Assembly (NCBI GenBank): GCA_965232515.1
Contig: CBDDPY010000002.1
Location: forward strand, 5,664,001-5,728,000
DNA: 64,000 bases
Direction: 5' to 3'
DNA from: Alphaproteobacteria bacterium
GTDB taxonomy: Bacteria > Pseudomonadota > Alphaproteobacteria > GCA-2731375
The position numbers were made by a program, and so were the translations under genes. Under the pieces are notes generated by a model. The model had not been told where the DNA came from. It saw only the letters and a list, made by a program, of their open reading frames with translations, and searched no databases. The stretch's first letter is position 1. Every line of letters begins with the position of its first letter. Positions 18,352-27,344 of this stretch are shown piece by piece.

Positions 18352-19605
18352 CTAATTTGCATCCGGCCCGGCCGCCAGGTCGGCGATGGCGGCGGCGACC
18401 GTTTCGGCGTCGTGGTGGTCCGCGACAAAGCGGGCGGCGTTGGCCGACAGCCGGCCGGCAAGGCTGGCGTCCGTCAGGATCCGCCCAGCGGCGTCCACCA
18501 GGGCCGCGTCGTCGTCCGCGATCAACAACTGATCGCCGTCGCGGATACCGAGACCGGCGGCGGCGGCCGGCGTTGCCGCCACCGGCAGGCCGTGCGCGAA
18601 GGCCTCGAGGATCTTCAAACGGCTGCCGCCACCGGCGCGCAGCGGCACCAGGGCCAGATCGGCGCGCCGGTAAAACGGCGTCAGATCGGGGATGAAGCCA
18701 TGGACCTGGACCCCGGCATGCCCGGCCAGCCGCGTCGCGCCTGCCCCGGCGCCGATGATGTGCAGTTCCGCGCCCCGACAACGGCGGCGCAGGGCGGGCA
18801 GGATGGCGGTGGCGAGGCGCTCGGCCGCATCCAGATTGGGCAGATAGTCAAGGTTGCCAATGAACAGCACGGATGGCGCTCCGTCACCGGGCCGCTGTTC
18901 TTCTGCGCCGATTGCCGTCCCGACAGCATTGGGCACCGTCGTCACAGCGGCCAGGCCGTGACGCCGGCGCAGGGCATCCGACTCCAGATCGCTGGCGGTC
19001 GCCACATGATCGAACCAGCCGAGCGTGTGCTTGGCCAACCTGGCATAGGCATCGGCTTCCGCGGTCGTGCGCGCCGCGGCATCGGCCTCGCCGCGTTGCC
19101 GATGCAGGTCGGCGATGGCGGTCAGGGTTGCTGCGTCATCCTCATCCAGGTCGAGGATCAGGCGGGCGCCGCACCCACGGTACGGCAACACGGTGCCGGC
19201 GATGTAGAGTCGCATGACCCAGACCAGATCGAAGGTCTCGCCGGCGAGTTCGCGGGAGACGGCATCGGGGCAGGCAAGCCGGGCGCGGTTGGGCAGCGGC
19301 TGTGTCGCCGCGACGACGGCGCGGCCGCTCGGGTCGGCGAGCCAGCGGCGCGCGGCGTCCGTCGGCGCCGGCAGCGGCACGAAGAACGCGCGCGCCGAAT
19401 GCTCGGCGGCCCAGCCCATGGACGCCGCATCGGCGCCCGGATCGGAAACGGGCAGCACGGCCGTGGTGAGGTTGTATGCCCGCGACAGGCCCTGTAGCGT
19501 AACGGCGGCCCGCATGGCGAGACCGTTCCCGGTCGGCGCCGGGGCGATGGGGCAGATCAGGAGCGCGCGCGGCCGCGACGACGGCGAACAGTCACGCTGA
19601 ACCAT
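18352..19605 (-). CDS. GT4 glycosyltransferase
   Basis: FIGNLDYLPN, VPLRAGGGSRLKILEAFAHGLPV. Confidence 0.85.
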   Translation of the reverse strand: MVQRDCSPSSRPRALLICPIAPAPTGNGLAMRAAVTLQGLSRAYNLTTAVLPVSDPGADAASMGWAAEHSARAFFVPLPAPTDAARRWLADPSGRAVVAATQPLPNRARLACPDAVSRELAGETFDLVWVMRLYIAGTVLPYRGCGARLILDLDEDDAATLTAIADLHRQRGEADAAARTTAEADAYARLAKHTLGWFDHVATASDLESDALRRRHGLAAVTTVPNAVGTAIGAEEQRPGDGAPSVLFIGNLDYLPNLDAAERLATAILPALRRRCRGAELHIIGAGAGATRLAGHAGVQVHGFIPDLTPFYRRADLALVPLRAGGGSRLKILEAFAHGLPVAATPAAAAGLGIRDGDQLLIADDDAALVDAAGRILTDASLAGRLSANAARFVADHHDAETVAAAIADLAAGPDAN

Positions 19606-20455
19606 GAGTCGAATACCCCGGATCGCCCATTTCGTTTTCGGCCTGCGCGAGCAGCTCGAGCCGTTCCACCTGCTGCATTATCTGGCCATCGAGACCTGCC
19701 GGCGCATCCTAAAGCCCGAGGCCATCTACCTCCACTACCACCATCTGCCGTTCGGCGTCTTCTGGGACGAGATTCGTCCGCATCTGACGCTCCGCCGTGT
19801 CGGCCTGGCGGACGAGGTGTTGAACGCCGACTACGACGAACGGCTGGTGCCCAAGGCGTACCGTTACGCCCACCACGCCGATTTCGTGCGGCTGGAAGCG
19901 CTGGTCGAGTACGGCGGCGTCTATGCCGACATCGATACTGTCTTCGTGCGGCCGCTGCCGGACGCGCTCTATGACGAGAAGTTCGTGATCGGGCGCGAGT
20001 CCGATGTGCCGGACGAACTTACCGGCGCGGTGCGCCCGTCATTGTGCAACGCGCTGCTGATGGCCGAACCGGGCTCGGTCTTTGCCCGTACCTGGCTCGA
20101 CCGCATGGGAGCGGCGATTAACGGCACCTGGAGCAATCACTCGGGCTTCCTGGCCGAGGCCTTGAGCGAAGAGATGCCCGACGAGGTTCGGGTCGAGCCC
20201 GAGGAGTCGTTCTTCGCCGTCCCGTGCACGCCGGAAGGTCTGGAGTCGCTGCTGGGCGAGGGGCCGGTGGACCTGACGCGCAGCTATTCGTTGCATCTTT
20301 GGGCGCATGTCTGGTGGAGCTTCGACCGCCGGGACTTCACCGCGCGGCATGCCGGCGAGATGACCCTGTCGCGGTTGCGGCGGTCGGCCTCGCCGCTGGC
20401 CGAGCTCGTCCGTCCCTATCTGCCCGATATCGATCTCGACGACGTGCGAACCTGA
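19604..20455 (+). CDS. GT32-like DXD glycosyltransferase
   Basis: IPRIAHFVFG, HADFVRLEAL.EYGGVYADID. Confidence 0.8.
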   Translation: MSRIPRIAHFVFGLREQLEPFHLLHYLAIETCRRILKPEAIYLHYHHLPFGVFWDEIRPHLTLRRVGLADEVLNADYDERLVPKAYRYAHHADFVRLEALVEYGGVYADIDTVFVRPLPDALYDEKFVIGRESDVPDELTGAVRPSLCNALLMAEPGSVFARTWLDRMGAAINGTWSNHSGFLAEALSEEMPDEVRVEPEESFFAVPCTPEGLESLLGEGPVDLTRSYSLHLWAHVWWSFDRRDFTARHAGEMTLSRLRRSASPLAELVRPYLPDIDLDDVRT

Positions 20456-20458
20456 ACC

Positions 20459-21655
20459 ATGCCGCAACCGCACGGTCTGAACGTGGTGACGCTGACGCCC
20501 GGCTGCGGCTACGGCGATGCCGGCAGTCAGTATGTCGCGGGGCTGCACACGCTCGGTGTGCCGGTGACCTGGACGCCGACGGTCGCGAACACGGCGGACA
20601 TTCTGCCGTTCGACGATTGCCGCCGCGATCTGCCGAACCCGATCGCCGCCGATCTTACCGCGCTGTGGCGGCGGCCGCTCGATTGCGACGCGATCCTGGT
20701 CAACATCCCGCCGTTCCGTTGGCAGCGCTATTGGCGCCGGGCGGCGCCGGACCTGCGGCCGTTCACCTATATCACCTGGGAGGTCGAGCGTGTGCCCGAT
20801 GACTGGCCGCCGGCGCTCAACCTCTATGACCGCGTCTTCGTGCCGTCGATCTTCAACCGGCAGGCGCTCGTCGCCGGCGGCGTGACGACGGCGGTCGATG
20901 TGGTGCCGCACGTCGCGCGGGACGCGGTCCCGGTTCACGGTGGCCCGCCTTGGGGCAACGTGGCCGACGAGGATTTCGTCTTCTACACGATGGGCATGTG
21001 GACCGCGCGCAAGGCGATGGAGGAGACAATCCGCGCGTACCTGGAGGCGTTCGGCCGCGACGACCCCGTCGCGTTGATCGTCAAGACCGAGGCCATCGAT
21101 CAGATGGCGTACTACGCATTGCCGGCCGACTGGCGCGACAGCGCGCCATCCCAGGTGGCGATGGTCTGGTGGCGCGTGGCGCAGATCCTTGCCGAGTATC
21201 CCGATGCGGCGAAGGTGCATCTGGTCGCGGAACCGGTGTCGCCGCACGAGGTCGATCGTCTGCACACGCGGGGCGACTGTTTCGTGAGTCTGGCGCGGAG
21301 CGAGGGCTGGGGTCTGGGGCCGTTCGACGCGGCGCTGTTCGGCAATCCGGTCATCGTCACCGGCTGGGGCGGACAGCTCGATTATCTCGGTGCCAACGAT
21401 CCACTGTTGGTCCGCTATGAACTGGAGCCGACCTCGGCCTCGGCGCCGGACGGCTATTATCTTCGCGCCGATGACGTCCGCTGGGCGCGCGCCGACCGGC
21501 AACATGCCGGTGCGCTTATGCGCGAGGTGTTCGAGACCAGGGACCGGGCCGGCGCCGCCGCGCGCGAGCGTCAGTTCGAGCTTTGCCGGCGCTACTCGGC
21601 CGACCGCGTCTGCCGGCGCCTTGCCGACCTCATGGGTTACGAGGTCGCCGGATGA
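20459..21655 (+). CDS. GT4 glycosyltransferase (paralog 1)
   Basis: GYG, WE, VPS, RK, RSEGWGL..FDA...GNPVIVTGWGG. Confidence 0.85.
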   Translation: MPQPHGLNVVTLTPGCGYGDAGSQYVAGLHTLGVPVTWTPTVANTADILPFDDCRRDLPNPIAADLTALWRRPLDCDAILVNIPPFRWQRYWRRAAPDLRPFTYITWEVERVPDDWPPALNLYDRVFVPSIFNRQALVAGGVTTAVDVVPHVARDAVPVHGGPPWGNVADEDFVFYTMGMWTARKAMEETIRAYLEAFGRDDPVALIVKTEAIDQMAYYALPADWRDSAPSQVAMVWWRVAQILAEYPDAAKVHLVAEPVSPHEVDRLHTRGDCFVSLARSEGWGLGPFDAALFGNPVIVTGWGGQLDYLGANDPLLVRYELEPTSASAPDGYYLRADDVRWARADRQHAGALMREVFETRDRAGAAARERQFELCRRYSADRVCRRLADLMGYEVAG

Positions 21656-22305
21656 CCGCCGCCACGCAGCCGTTGTTGGCGCCGCGCATCGCCGCCTTCA
21701 TCTCGATCCCGAGAAACGCCAGCCACACGGTCCGAGAGGTCCTTGAGCTGGGCCCCAACCGGGACTTCGAGACCACCGCCTCGCCGGTGATCCACGAGAA
21801 CCATCAGCGAGGCGCGGTGCTTGCCGCGCGCTACGATCTCGAGCCGCTGTTCGTCTTCTGCTTTGTCCGCCATCCCTATCTGCGTTGCCTCTCCTGGTTC
21901 CGCTTTCACCGTGACGTGGAGCCCTATCGACGGTTCAGCTTCGAGCAATGGGTGGCGGCCGGCATGCCGCATCATTGGGGGCGGCAGAACCAGACCGACT
22001 ATGCGGCGAGCGGCGCGACGCCACTGCTGCAGACGACATTCGTTGCCGGTTGCCGGGTTGACTTCGTCGGCCGGTTCGAGACGTTCGACCGGGATCTGCG
22101 GCACGTCGTGGCGGCACTCAACAGCCGTGCCGAAGCCGCCGGGCTTGCGGCGCGATATCGGTATCGGCAGGTTCGCCTCAACAGCACGGTTCCGTGGCCA
22201 CCGCCCGAACGGCTGCTGACGGCGCCGGTGCGTAAAACAATTCAACATTTGCTGGCGGCGGACTTCGAACGCTTCGGCTTCCCTGTCGATACGGTGGTCG
22301 GATGA
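21652..22305 (+). CDS. Sulfotransferase family 2 protein
   Basis: PAPS-binding-like motifs FISIPRNAS and FCFVRHPY.RCLS; DFVGRFE; DFERFG. Confidence 0.7.
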   Translation: MTAATQPLLAPRIAAFISIPRNASHTVREVLELGPNRDFETTASPVIHENHQRGAVLAARYDLEPLFVFCFVRHPYLRCLSWFRFHRDVEPYRRFSFEQWVAAGMPHHWGRQNQTDYAASGATPLLQTTFVAGCRVDFVGRFETFDRDLRHVVAALNSRAEAAGLAARYRYRQVRLNSTVPWPPPERLLTAPVRKTIQHLLAADFERFGFPVDTVVG

Positions 22306-23510
22306 CGGCGACGGGCCGGCCGCCGCGCGGCCTCAAGGTCGTGACACTGACTCCGGGCGGCGGCTATGGCGATGCCGGCTGCCAATATGTCGCGGGCTTG
22401 CATGCGCTCGGGCTTCCCGTTACCTGGACGCCGACCATCCTCGACGCCACCGAACGGCAGGCCGCTGCCCGCAACAAACGCAACCTGCAGAGCGCGATCG
22501 GGCAGGATCTGCTGGCGCTCTGGGATCGGCCGCTCGACTGCGATGCGATCCTGGTGCATATGCCGCCTGTTCAATGGCACGATCATTGGCGGCAGGCGGC
22601 GCCGGATCTGCGGCCTTTCACCTGTATCGCCTGGGAGGTCGCACAGATCCCCGACGACTGGCTTCCGGCGTTGAACCTCTATGAGCGGATTTTCGTGCCG
22701 TCGACGTTCACACGACAGGCGCTTGCCGCAACGGACATCGAGGCGGCAATCGACGTCGTGCCGCACATTGCGCGCGATGTGACGCCGCAATCCGGCGGCG
22801 CGCCCTGGGGCGAGGTGGCCGACGACGATTTCGTCTTCTACGCCATCGGCAGCTGGACCACGCGCAAGGCGATGGAAGAAACGGTCCGCGCCTACCTCGA
22901 CGCCTTCACCGGCGACGACAAGGTCGCGCTGATCGTCAAGACCGGGCCGGTCGACAAGATCGCGCTCTACGCCCTGCCGGACGTACAGCGGCAGAGCGCC
23001 CCACCGCATCATGCGATGGTCTGGTGGCGGCTGGCGCAGATCCTTGCCGACTATGACAATCCGGCCAAGGTGCATCTGATCGCGGAACGGCTGCCCGCCC
23101 GCGAGATCGACCGGCTGCACACGCGCGGCGACTGTTTCGTCAGCCTGTCGCGCAGCGAGGGCTGGGGGCTGGGGTCGTTCGACGCCGTTCTGTTCGGCAA
23201 CCCGGTCATCGTGACGGGCTGGGGCGGGCACCTGGACTATCTGGGCGCGGACTATCCCCTGTTGGTCGGTCATGTTCTGGAAGCGACGTCAAGGGCCGCA
23301 TCGGACGGCTTTTTCAAGGCGGTGCTGGATGCCTGTTGGGCACGCGCCGACCGGGATCATGCCAGCGAGCTCATGCGCCGGGTTTTCGAGGATCGGGCCT
23401 CCGCGCGCGCGATCGCCCGCGAATTGCAGCCGCAGCTTCGGACCCGCTACAGCGCGGACAGGGTTTGCCGGCGTCTCGCCGCGCTGATGGGATTCGAGGT
23501 CGGCGCATGA
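22302..23510 (+). CDS. GT4 glycosyltransferase (paralog 2)
   Basis: Same motifs as 20459-21655 and collinear with it. Confidence 0.85.
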   Translation: MTATGRPPRGLKVVTLTPGGGYGDAGCQYVAGLHALGLPVTWTPTILDATERQAAARNKRNLQSAIGQDLLALWDRPLDCDAILVHMPPVQWHDHWRQAAPDLRPFTCIAWEVAQIPDDWLPALNLYERIFVPSTFTRQALAATDIEAAIDVVPHIARDVTPQSGGAPWGEVADDDFVFYAIGSWTTRKAMEETVRAYLDAFTGDDKVALIVKTGPVDKIALYALPDVQRQSAPPHHAMVWWRLAQILADYDNPAKVHLIAERLPAREIDRLHTRGDCFVSLSRSEGWGLGSFDAVLFGNPVIVTGWGGHLDYLGADYPLLVGHVLEATSRAASDGFFKAVLDACWARADRDHASELMRRVFEDRASARAIARELQPQLRTRYSADRVCRRLAALMGFEVGA

Positions 23511-24505
23511 CGGACAGTCCGATGCCGGCCATTCCCCAGGACCTTAAGTCGACGCGGCTGCTGGTGCTGGCCTGGACCGATCATTTCTTCGGCGCGGACT
23601 ATCTCGATGCGAAGCGTATCGCGAACCCGAACGGGCCCGACATCGAGCTCAGCTTCACCTCCGACCGCGACCGGCTGGACGAGGTCGACGCCGTCTGGTT
23701 CCACGGCCCGTCAATCACCGACCTGCCGCCGCGCAAGCGGCAGCCCTGGGTGCTGATGAGCATGGAGAGCGACGTCAACTATCCGGCCCTGAAGAATCCG
23801 CTGGTGCTGCCTCGGTTCGATCTCTTGATGACCTATCGGCTCGATGCCGACGTGCCGTGCATCTACCCGAACTGGCGGCACTACGGCACGTTTCTCGACG
23901 CCCCGCCGCGACGACGGGGACCGGCCGCGGGCGCGCTGGCCTGCTACATCGCGTCGAACCCGGTCGCGCACCGCGACGACTATGCCGCGGAATTGATGCG
24001 GCACGTGCCGGTCGACAGCCTCGGGTCCTGCCTGCGCAACGCCCGCATCGACGGCTTCGTCGACGGCGGCTGGGCCGACGGCGCCTGGGTCAGCCTGATG
24101 TCGGTGCTGCCGCGCTACAAGTTCTATCTGGCGTTCGAGAACTCGCTCACCACGGACTACGTTACCGAGCGGGTGTTTCACGCGCTGGCCAGCGGGGTGG
24201 TGCCGGTCTACCGCGGTGCCGGCAACGTGCGCGATTTCATGCCCGCCGATGACACCATTATCGACACGGCCGACTTCGCTTCTCCGCGCGAGCTGGCGGA
24301 CTATCTGCGCTACCTGGACCAGGACGATGACGCCTATGCCAAGCATCTGCGCTGGAAGCAGGACGGCTATTCCGACCGGTTCAAGGCTCTGGTCGATCTG
24401 GGCTCGGTCGATCCGCAACACCGAATGGCGGTGAAGCTGGCGCATGGCTGCGATCGTGACTGCCTTTGTGGCGGCCGGATGCGGGCGCCCGGTGTGCTGC
24501 CGTGA
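23507..24505 (+). CDS. GT10 alpha-1,3-fucosyltransferase-like protein
   Basis: SMES, MTYRLDADV, YKFYLAFENS...DYVTER...AL..G.VPV. Confidence 0.85.
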   Translation: MTDSPMPAIPQDLKSTRLLVLAWTDHFFGADYLDAKRIANPNGPDIELSFTSDRDRLDEVDAVWFHGPSITDLPPRKRQPWVLMSMESDVNYPALKNPLVLPRFDLLMTYRLDADVPCIYPNWRHYGTFLDAPPRRRGPAAGALACYIASNPVAHRDDYAAELMRHVPVDSLGSCLRNARIDGFVDGGWADGAWVSLMSVLPRYKFYLAFENSLTTDYVTERVFHALASGVVPVYRGAGNVRDFMPADDTIIDTADFASPRELADYLRYLDQDDDAYAKHLRWKQDGYSDRFKALVDLGSVDPQHRMAVKLAHGCDRDCLCGGRMRAPGVLP

Positions 24506-25284
24506 CGACGGTCCTGGTCAACTATGCGACGGACGACTTCGCGGACTACCAGGCGATCAACAGCCTGACCGGCCGGCTGTTCGGTTTCGACGATTGCCGC
24601 AGCTACGGACCGGACGATCTCGCCCCCGACTTCGCGCGCCGGAACGCCGCAACGCTTGCCGCCGGGCGCGGCGCCGGCTATTGGCTCTGGAAGCCTTACA
24701 TCGTGGCGCGGACGTTGGCGGAACTCGCCGACGGCGATCTGCTGTTCTATGCCGACGCCGCCATGCACTTCGTCAATCCGGTTGCGCCGTTGGTCGATCT
24801 GCTGGACCGGCACGCTCTGGACCTGTTGATCCTGGGCGAGAGCTTCGCAGAGGCGCAGTACACCAAGCGTGACGCCTTTGTCCTGATGCGGGCCGACACG
24901 CCCCAATTTGTCGGCACGCCGCAGCGTTTCGCCAGCTGCTTCATGCTGCGCAAGACGGCCTGGGCCGATGATTTCGCCGCGCGCTACCTCGCCTTCGCCG
25001 AAGACGATCGTATCCTGACCGACCGGGCGAATACCTGCGGCCTGCCCGACTACTCCGACTTCATCGCCCACCGGCATGACCAGTCTATCTTCAGTCTGCT
25101 GAGCAAGCAGGCCGACGTGCCGGTCGTCGCCGCCGACATGATCGCCGGGGGCTTGCCGGATCGCGCGACGCAGATCATCAACCACACCCGCGCGCATCTC
25201 GCGCCAAAGGACATCGTCAAACGCCTGCTGGTGCAGGGCGTGCTGTCGGTCAGCGATCTGGCGGAACTGGCGGCGCCGGCATGA
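24502..25284 (+). CDS. Putative glycosyltransferase-like protein (WKP...HRHDQS; DUF1647-like)
   Basis: RGAGYWLWKPYIV, LFYADA, HRHDQSIFSLL; GTG overlaps the upstream stop. Confidence 0.6.
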   Translation: MTTVLVNYATDDFADYQAINSLTGRLFGFDDCRSYGPDDLAPDFARRNAATLAAGRGAGYWLWKPYIVARTLAELADGDLLFYADAAMHFVNPVAPLVDLLDRHALDLLILGESFAEAQYTKRDAFVLMRADTPQFVGTPQRFASCFMLRKTAWADDFAARYLAFAEDDRILTDRANTCGLPDYSDFIAHRHDQSIFSLLSKQADVPVVAADMIAGGLPDRATQIINHTRAHLAPKDIVKRLLVQGVLSVSDLAELAAPA

Positions 25285-26227
25285 CGTCCGCCAGGGCCGC
25301 GCGCTTGACGCAGACCCAGGGCGTGATGCCGGGCTTGATCCAGTGGCTGTCAGCCGTGCAGCGCTCGAGCCTGCCGCCGCGCCCCTTGATGTAGCCGTTG
25401 TAGTTGAAAGCGATGGCCTCAGGGTTGCGTGTCGCGGCATCCGCGATGGCGGCATGGTCGCCTGGCGCGTATTCCACGTAATCGATGTCGAAGCCGAAGA
25501 TGTCGTGGTTCTCGAACACGGCGTAGCCGTCGATGGGCGCGGGCGGTGGCGGATGCTGAATGTTCCAGATGTTGGTGTGGTGGTGGATGAAATAGAGCAG
25601 GCGCTCCGACCGGATCGCATCGATGGACTTTCCGCCAAGCGCCGGCAGTTGCCCGAGCACATTCCGGCCGCAGACCTTGTCGAGACCGATGATATTGAAC
25701 CGGAAGATGTTCTCGAACAGTCGCACCTGTTTGGTCAGCATATCCGGGCCGGTATTGTTGAAGACATCGGCGAAGGTGACGTCGCGCTCGATCAGGTGCG
25801 ACAGCCGCTTCGTGACATAGCCGAAAAAGGCATGGCCCGGCGGCGCCGCCATCAGGGCGTTGGCGATGATCGTGTCGTCGATGGTCGGCGCGGCCAGCAG
25901 CGACAGATGCACGTCGCCCTCGGCGAGCAGCGGATCGATCGGCTTCAGGCACTCCATGTCGAGGTCGATATAGACGCCGCCATAGTGCAGCAGCATGAAG
26001 TAGCGGACGGCGTCGACCCGCTCGATGTTGTGCTTGTAGCCGTCATAGGTCGGCAGGAACCAGGGATAGTGCTCGGCGATCAGCCGACGGTTGTCCGCGT
26101 CGGTCCAGAGCCAGTGTTGCCAGTCCGGATGGTGCGTCCGCACGGTCGCGCGATGGCGCGCGTAGTCGTCCGGCAGCGTCTCGGTCTTCCAGGTCTGGTG
26201 AATGATCCGGGGGATCGTCTGTTGCAT
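25250..26227 (-). CDS. GT32 (Och1/Sur1-like) glycosyltransferase
   Basis: IPRIIHQTWKT, DAVRYF.L..YGGVYIDLD, TGP. Confidence 0.85.
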   Translation of the reverse strand: MQQTIPRIIHQTWKTETLPDDYARHRATVRTHHPDWQHWLWTDADNRRLIAEHYPWFLPTYDGYKHNIERVDAVRYFMLLHYGGVYIDLDMECLKPIDPLLAEGDVHLSLLAAPTIDDTIIANALMAAPPGHAFFGYVTKRLSHLIERDVTFADVFNNTGPDMLTKQVRLFENIFRFNIIGLDKVCGRNVLGQLPALGGKSIDAIRSERLLYFIHHHTNIWNIQHPPPPAPIDGYAVFENHDIFGFDIDYVEYAPGDHAAIADAATRNPEAIAFNYNGYIKGRGGRLERCTADSHWIKPGITPWVCVKRAALADVMPAPPVPPDR

Positions 26228-26358
26228 GCCGTCGATCTCGTGCGGCGGTCGGCATTGACCGTCGTTCCGGGCATGTCATACCGTCGGCGCGCGCCGCCGT
26301 TCAAGGAGAGTTGACGGCGAGCGATAACGCTGTTCGCGTGTGCGTGGCAGGAGTGGGG

Positions 26359-27339
26359 ATGCGGGAAGGCAAGATCGTCGTCTGCGGTGCGGGCGGCTTT
26401 ATCGGCGGACACTTGGTGAACGATCTGATCCGCCGGGGCTGCACGGACCTCCGGGCGGTCGATGTGAAGCCATTCGACGGCTGGTTTCAGGTCTCGGATG
26501 CGGCTGAAAACATCAGACTCGATCTGCGGCGGCGCGAGGCCTGCCTCGCGGCTCTGGCGGACGCGCGGGTCGTCTACAACCTGGCCGCCGATATGGGCGG
26601 CATTGGCTTCATCGAGTTCAATCGCGCCCAATGCATGCTGAACGTGCTGATCAACAGCCATCTGCTGGAGGCGGCGCAGGAGCTGGGCGTCGCGCGCTAT
26701 TTCTTCACCTCGTCCGCTTGCGCCTACAACGTCGAACTGCAGCGCGATCCCGATGTGACGGCCCTGAAGGAAGCGGATGCTTATCCGGCCATGCCGGAGG
26801 ACGGTTACGGCTGGGAAAAGCTGTTCAGCGAACGCATGTGTCGGCACTTCACGGAAGATTTCGGCCTGCCCACCCGCGTCGCCCGGCTTCACAACATCTA
26901 TGGTCCCTACGGCACTTTTGACGGCGGTCGGGAGAAGGCGCCGGCGGCGATCTGCCGCAAGGTCGCCGAAGCAAAACTGTCGGGGCGGCACGAGATCGAA
27001 ATCTGGGGCACGGGCGAGCAGACCCGCAGCTTCACGAACATCGACGACTGCCTCCACGGCATGCACCTGATCATGGAATGCGATGTGGCCGAGCCGCTGA
27101 ACCTCGGCAGCAACGAGTGTGTCAGCATCAACCAACTGGTCGACATGGTCGAAGACATCGCCGGCGTCCGGCTGGCGCGGCGTTACGATCCGACCGCGCC
27201 GGCCGGCGTCAACGGCCGCAACAGCGACAACAGCCGCATCCAGGCGGTGCTTGGCTGGCAGCCGAGCACGCCGCTTGCCGCTGGCCTGGAGGCGACTTAC
27301 CGCTGGATCTACGACCAGATGGCAGGCAGTTCGGCGTAG
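26359..27339 (+). CDS. GDP-mannose 3,5-epimerase-like NAD-dependent epimerase
   Basis: GAGGFIG, NLAADMGG.GFI, SSACAY, YGWEKL, GGREKAPAAICRK, GRNSDN. Confidence 0.85.
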   Translation: MREGKIVVCGAGGFIGGHLVNDLIRRGCTDLRAVDVKPFDGWFQVSDAAENIRLDLRRREACLAALADARVVYNLAADMGGIGFIEFNRAQCMLNVLINSHLLEAAQELGVARYFFTSSACAYNVELQRDPDVTALKEADAYPAMPEDGYGWEKLFSERMCRHFTEDFGLPTRVARLHNIYGPYGTFDGGREKAPAAICRKVAEAKLSGRHEIEIWGTGEQTRSFTNIDDCLHGMHLIMECDVAEPLNLGSNECVSINQLVDMVEDIAGVRLARRYDPTAPAGVNGRNSDNSRIQAVLGWQPSTPLAAGLEATYRWIYDQMAGSSA

Positions 27340-27344
27340 TGGGT

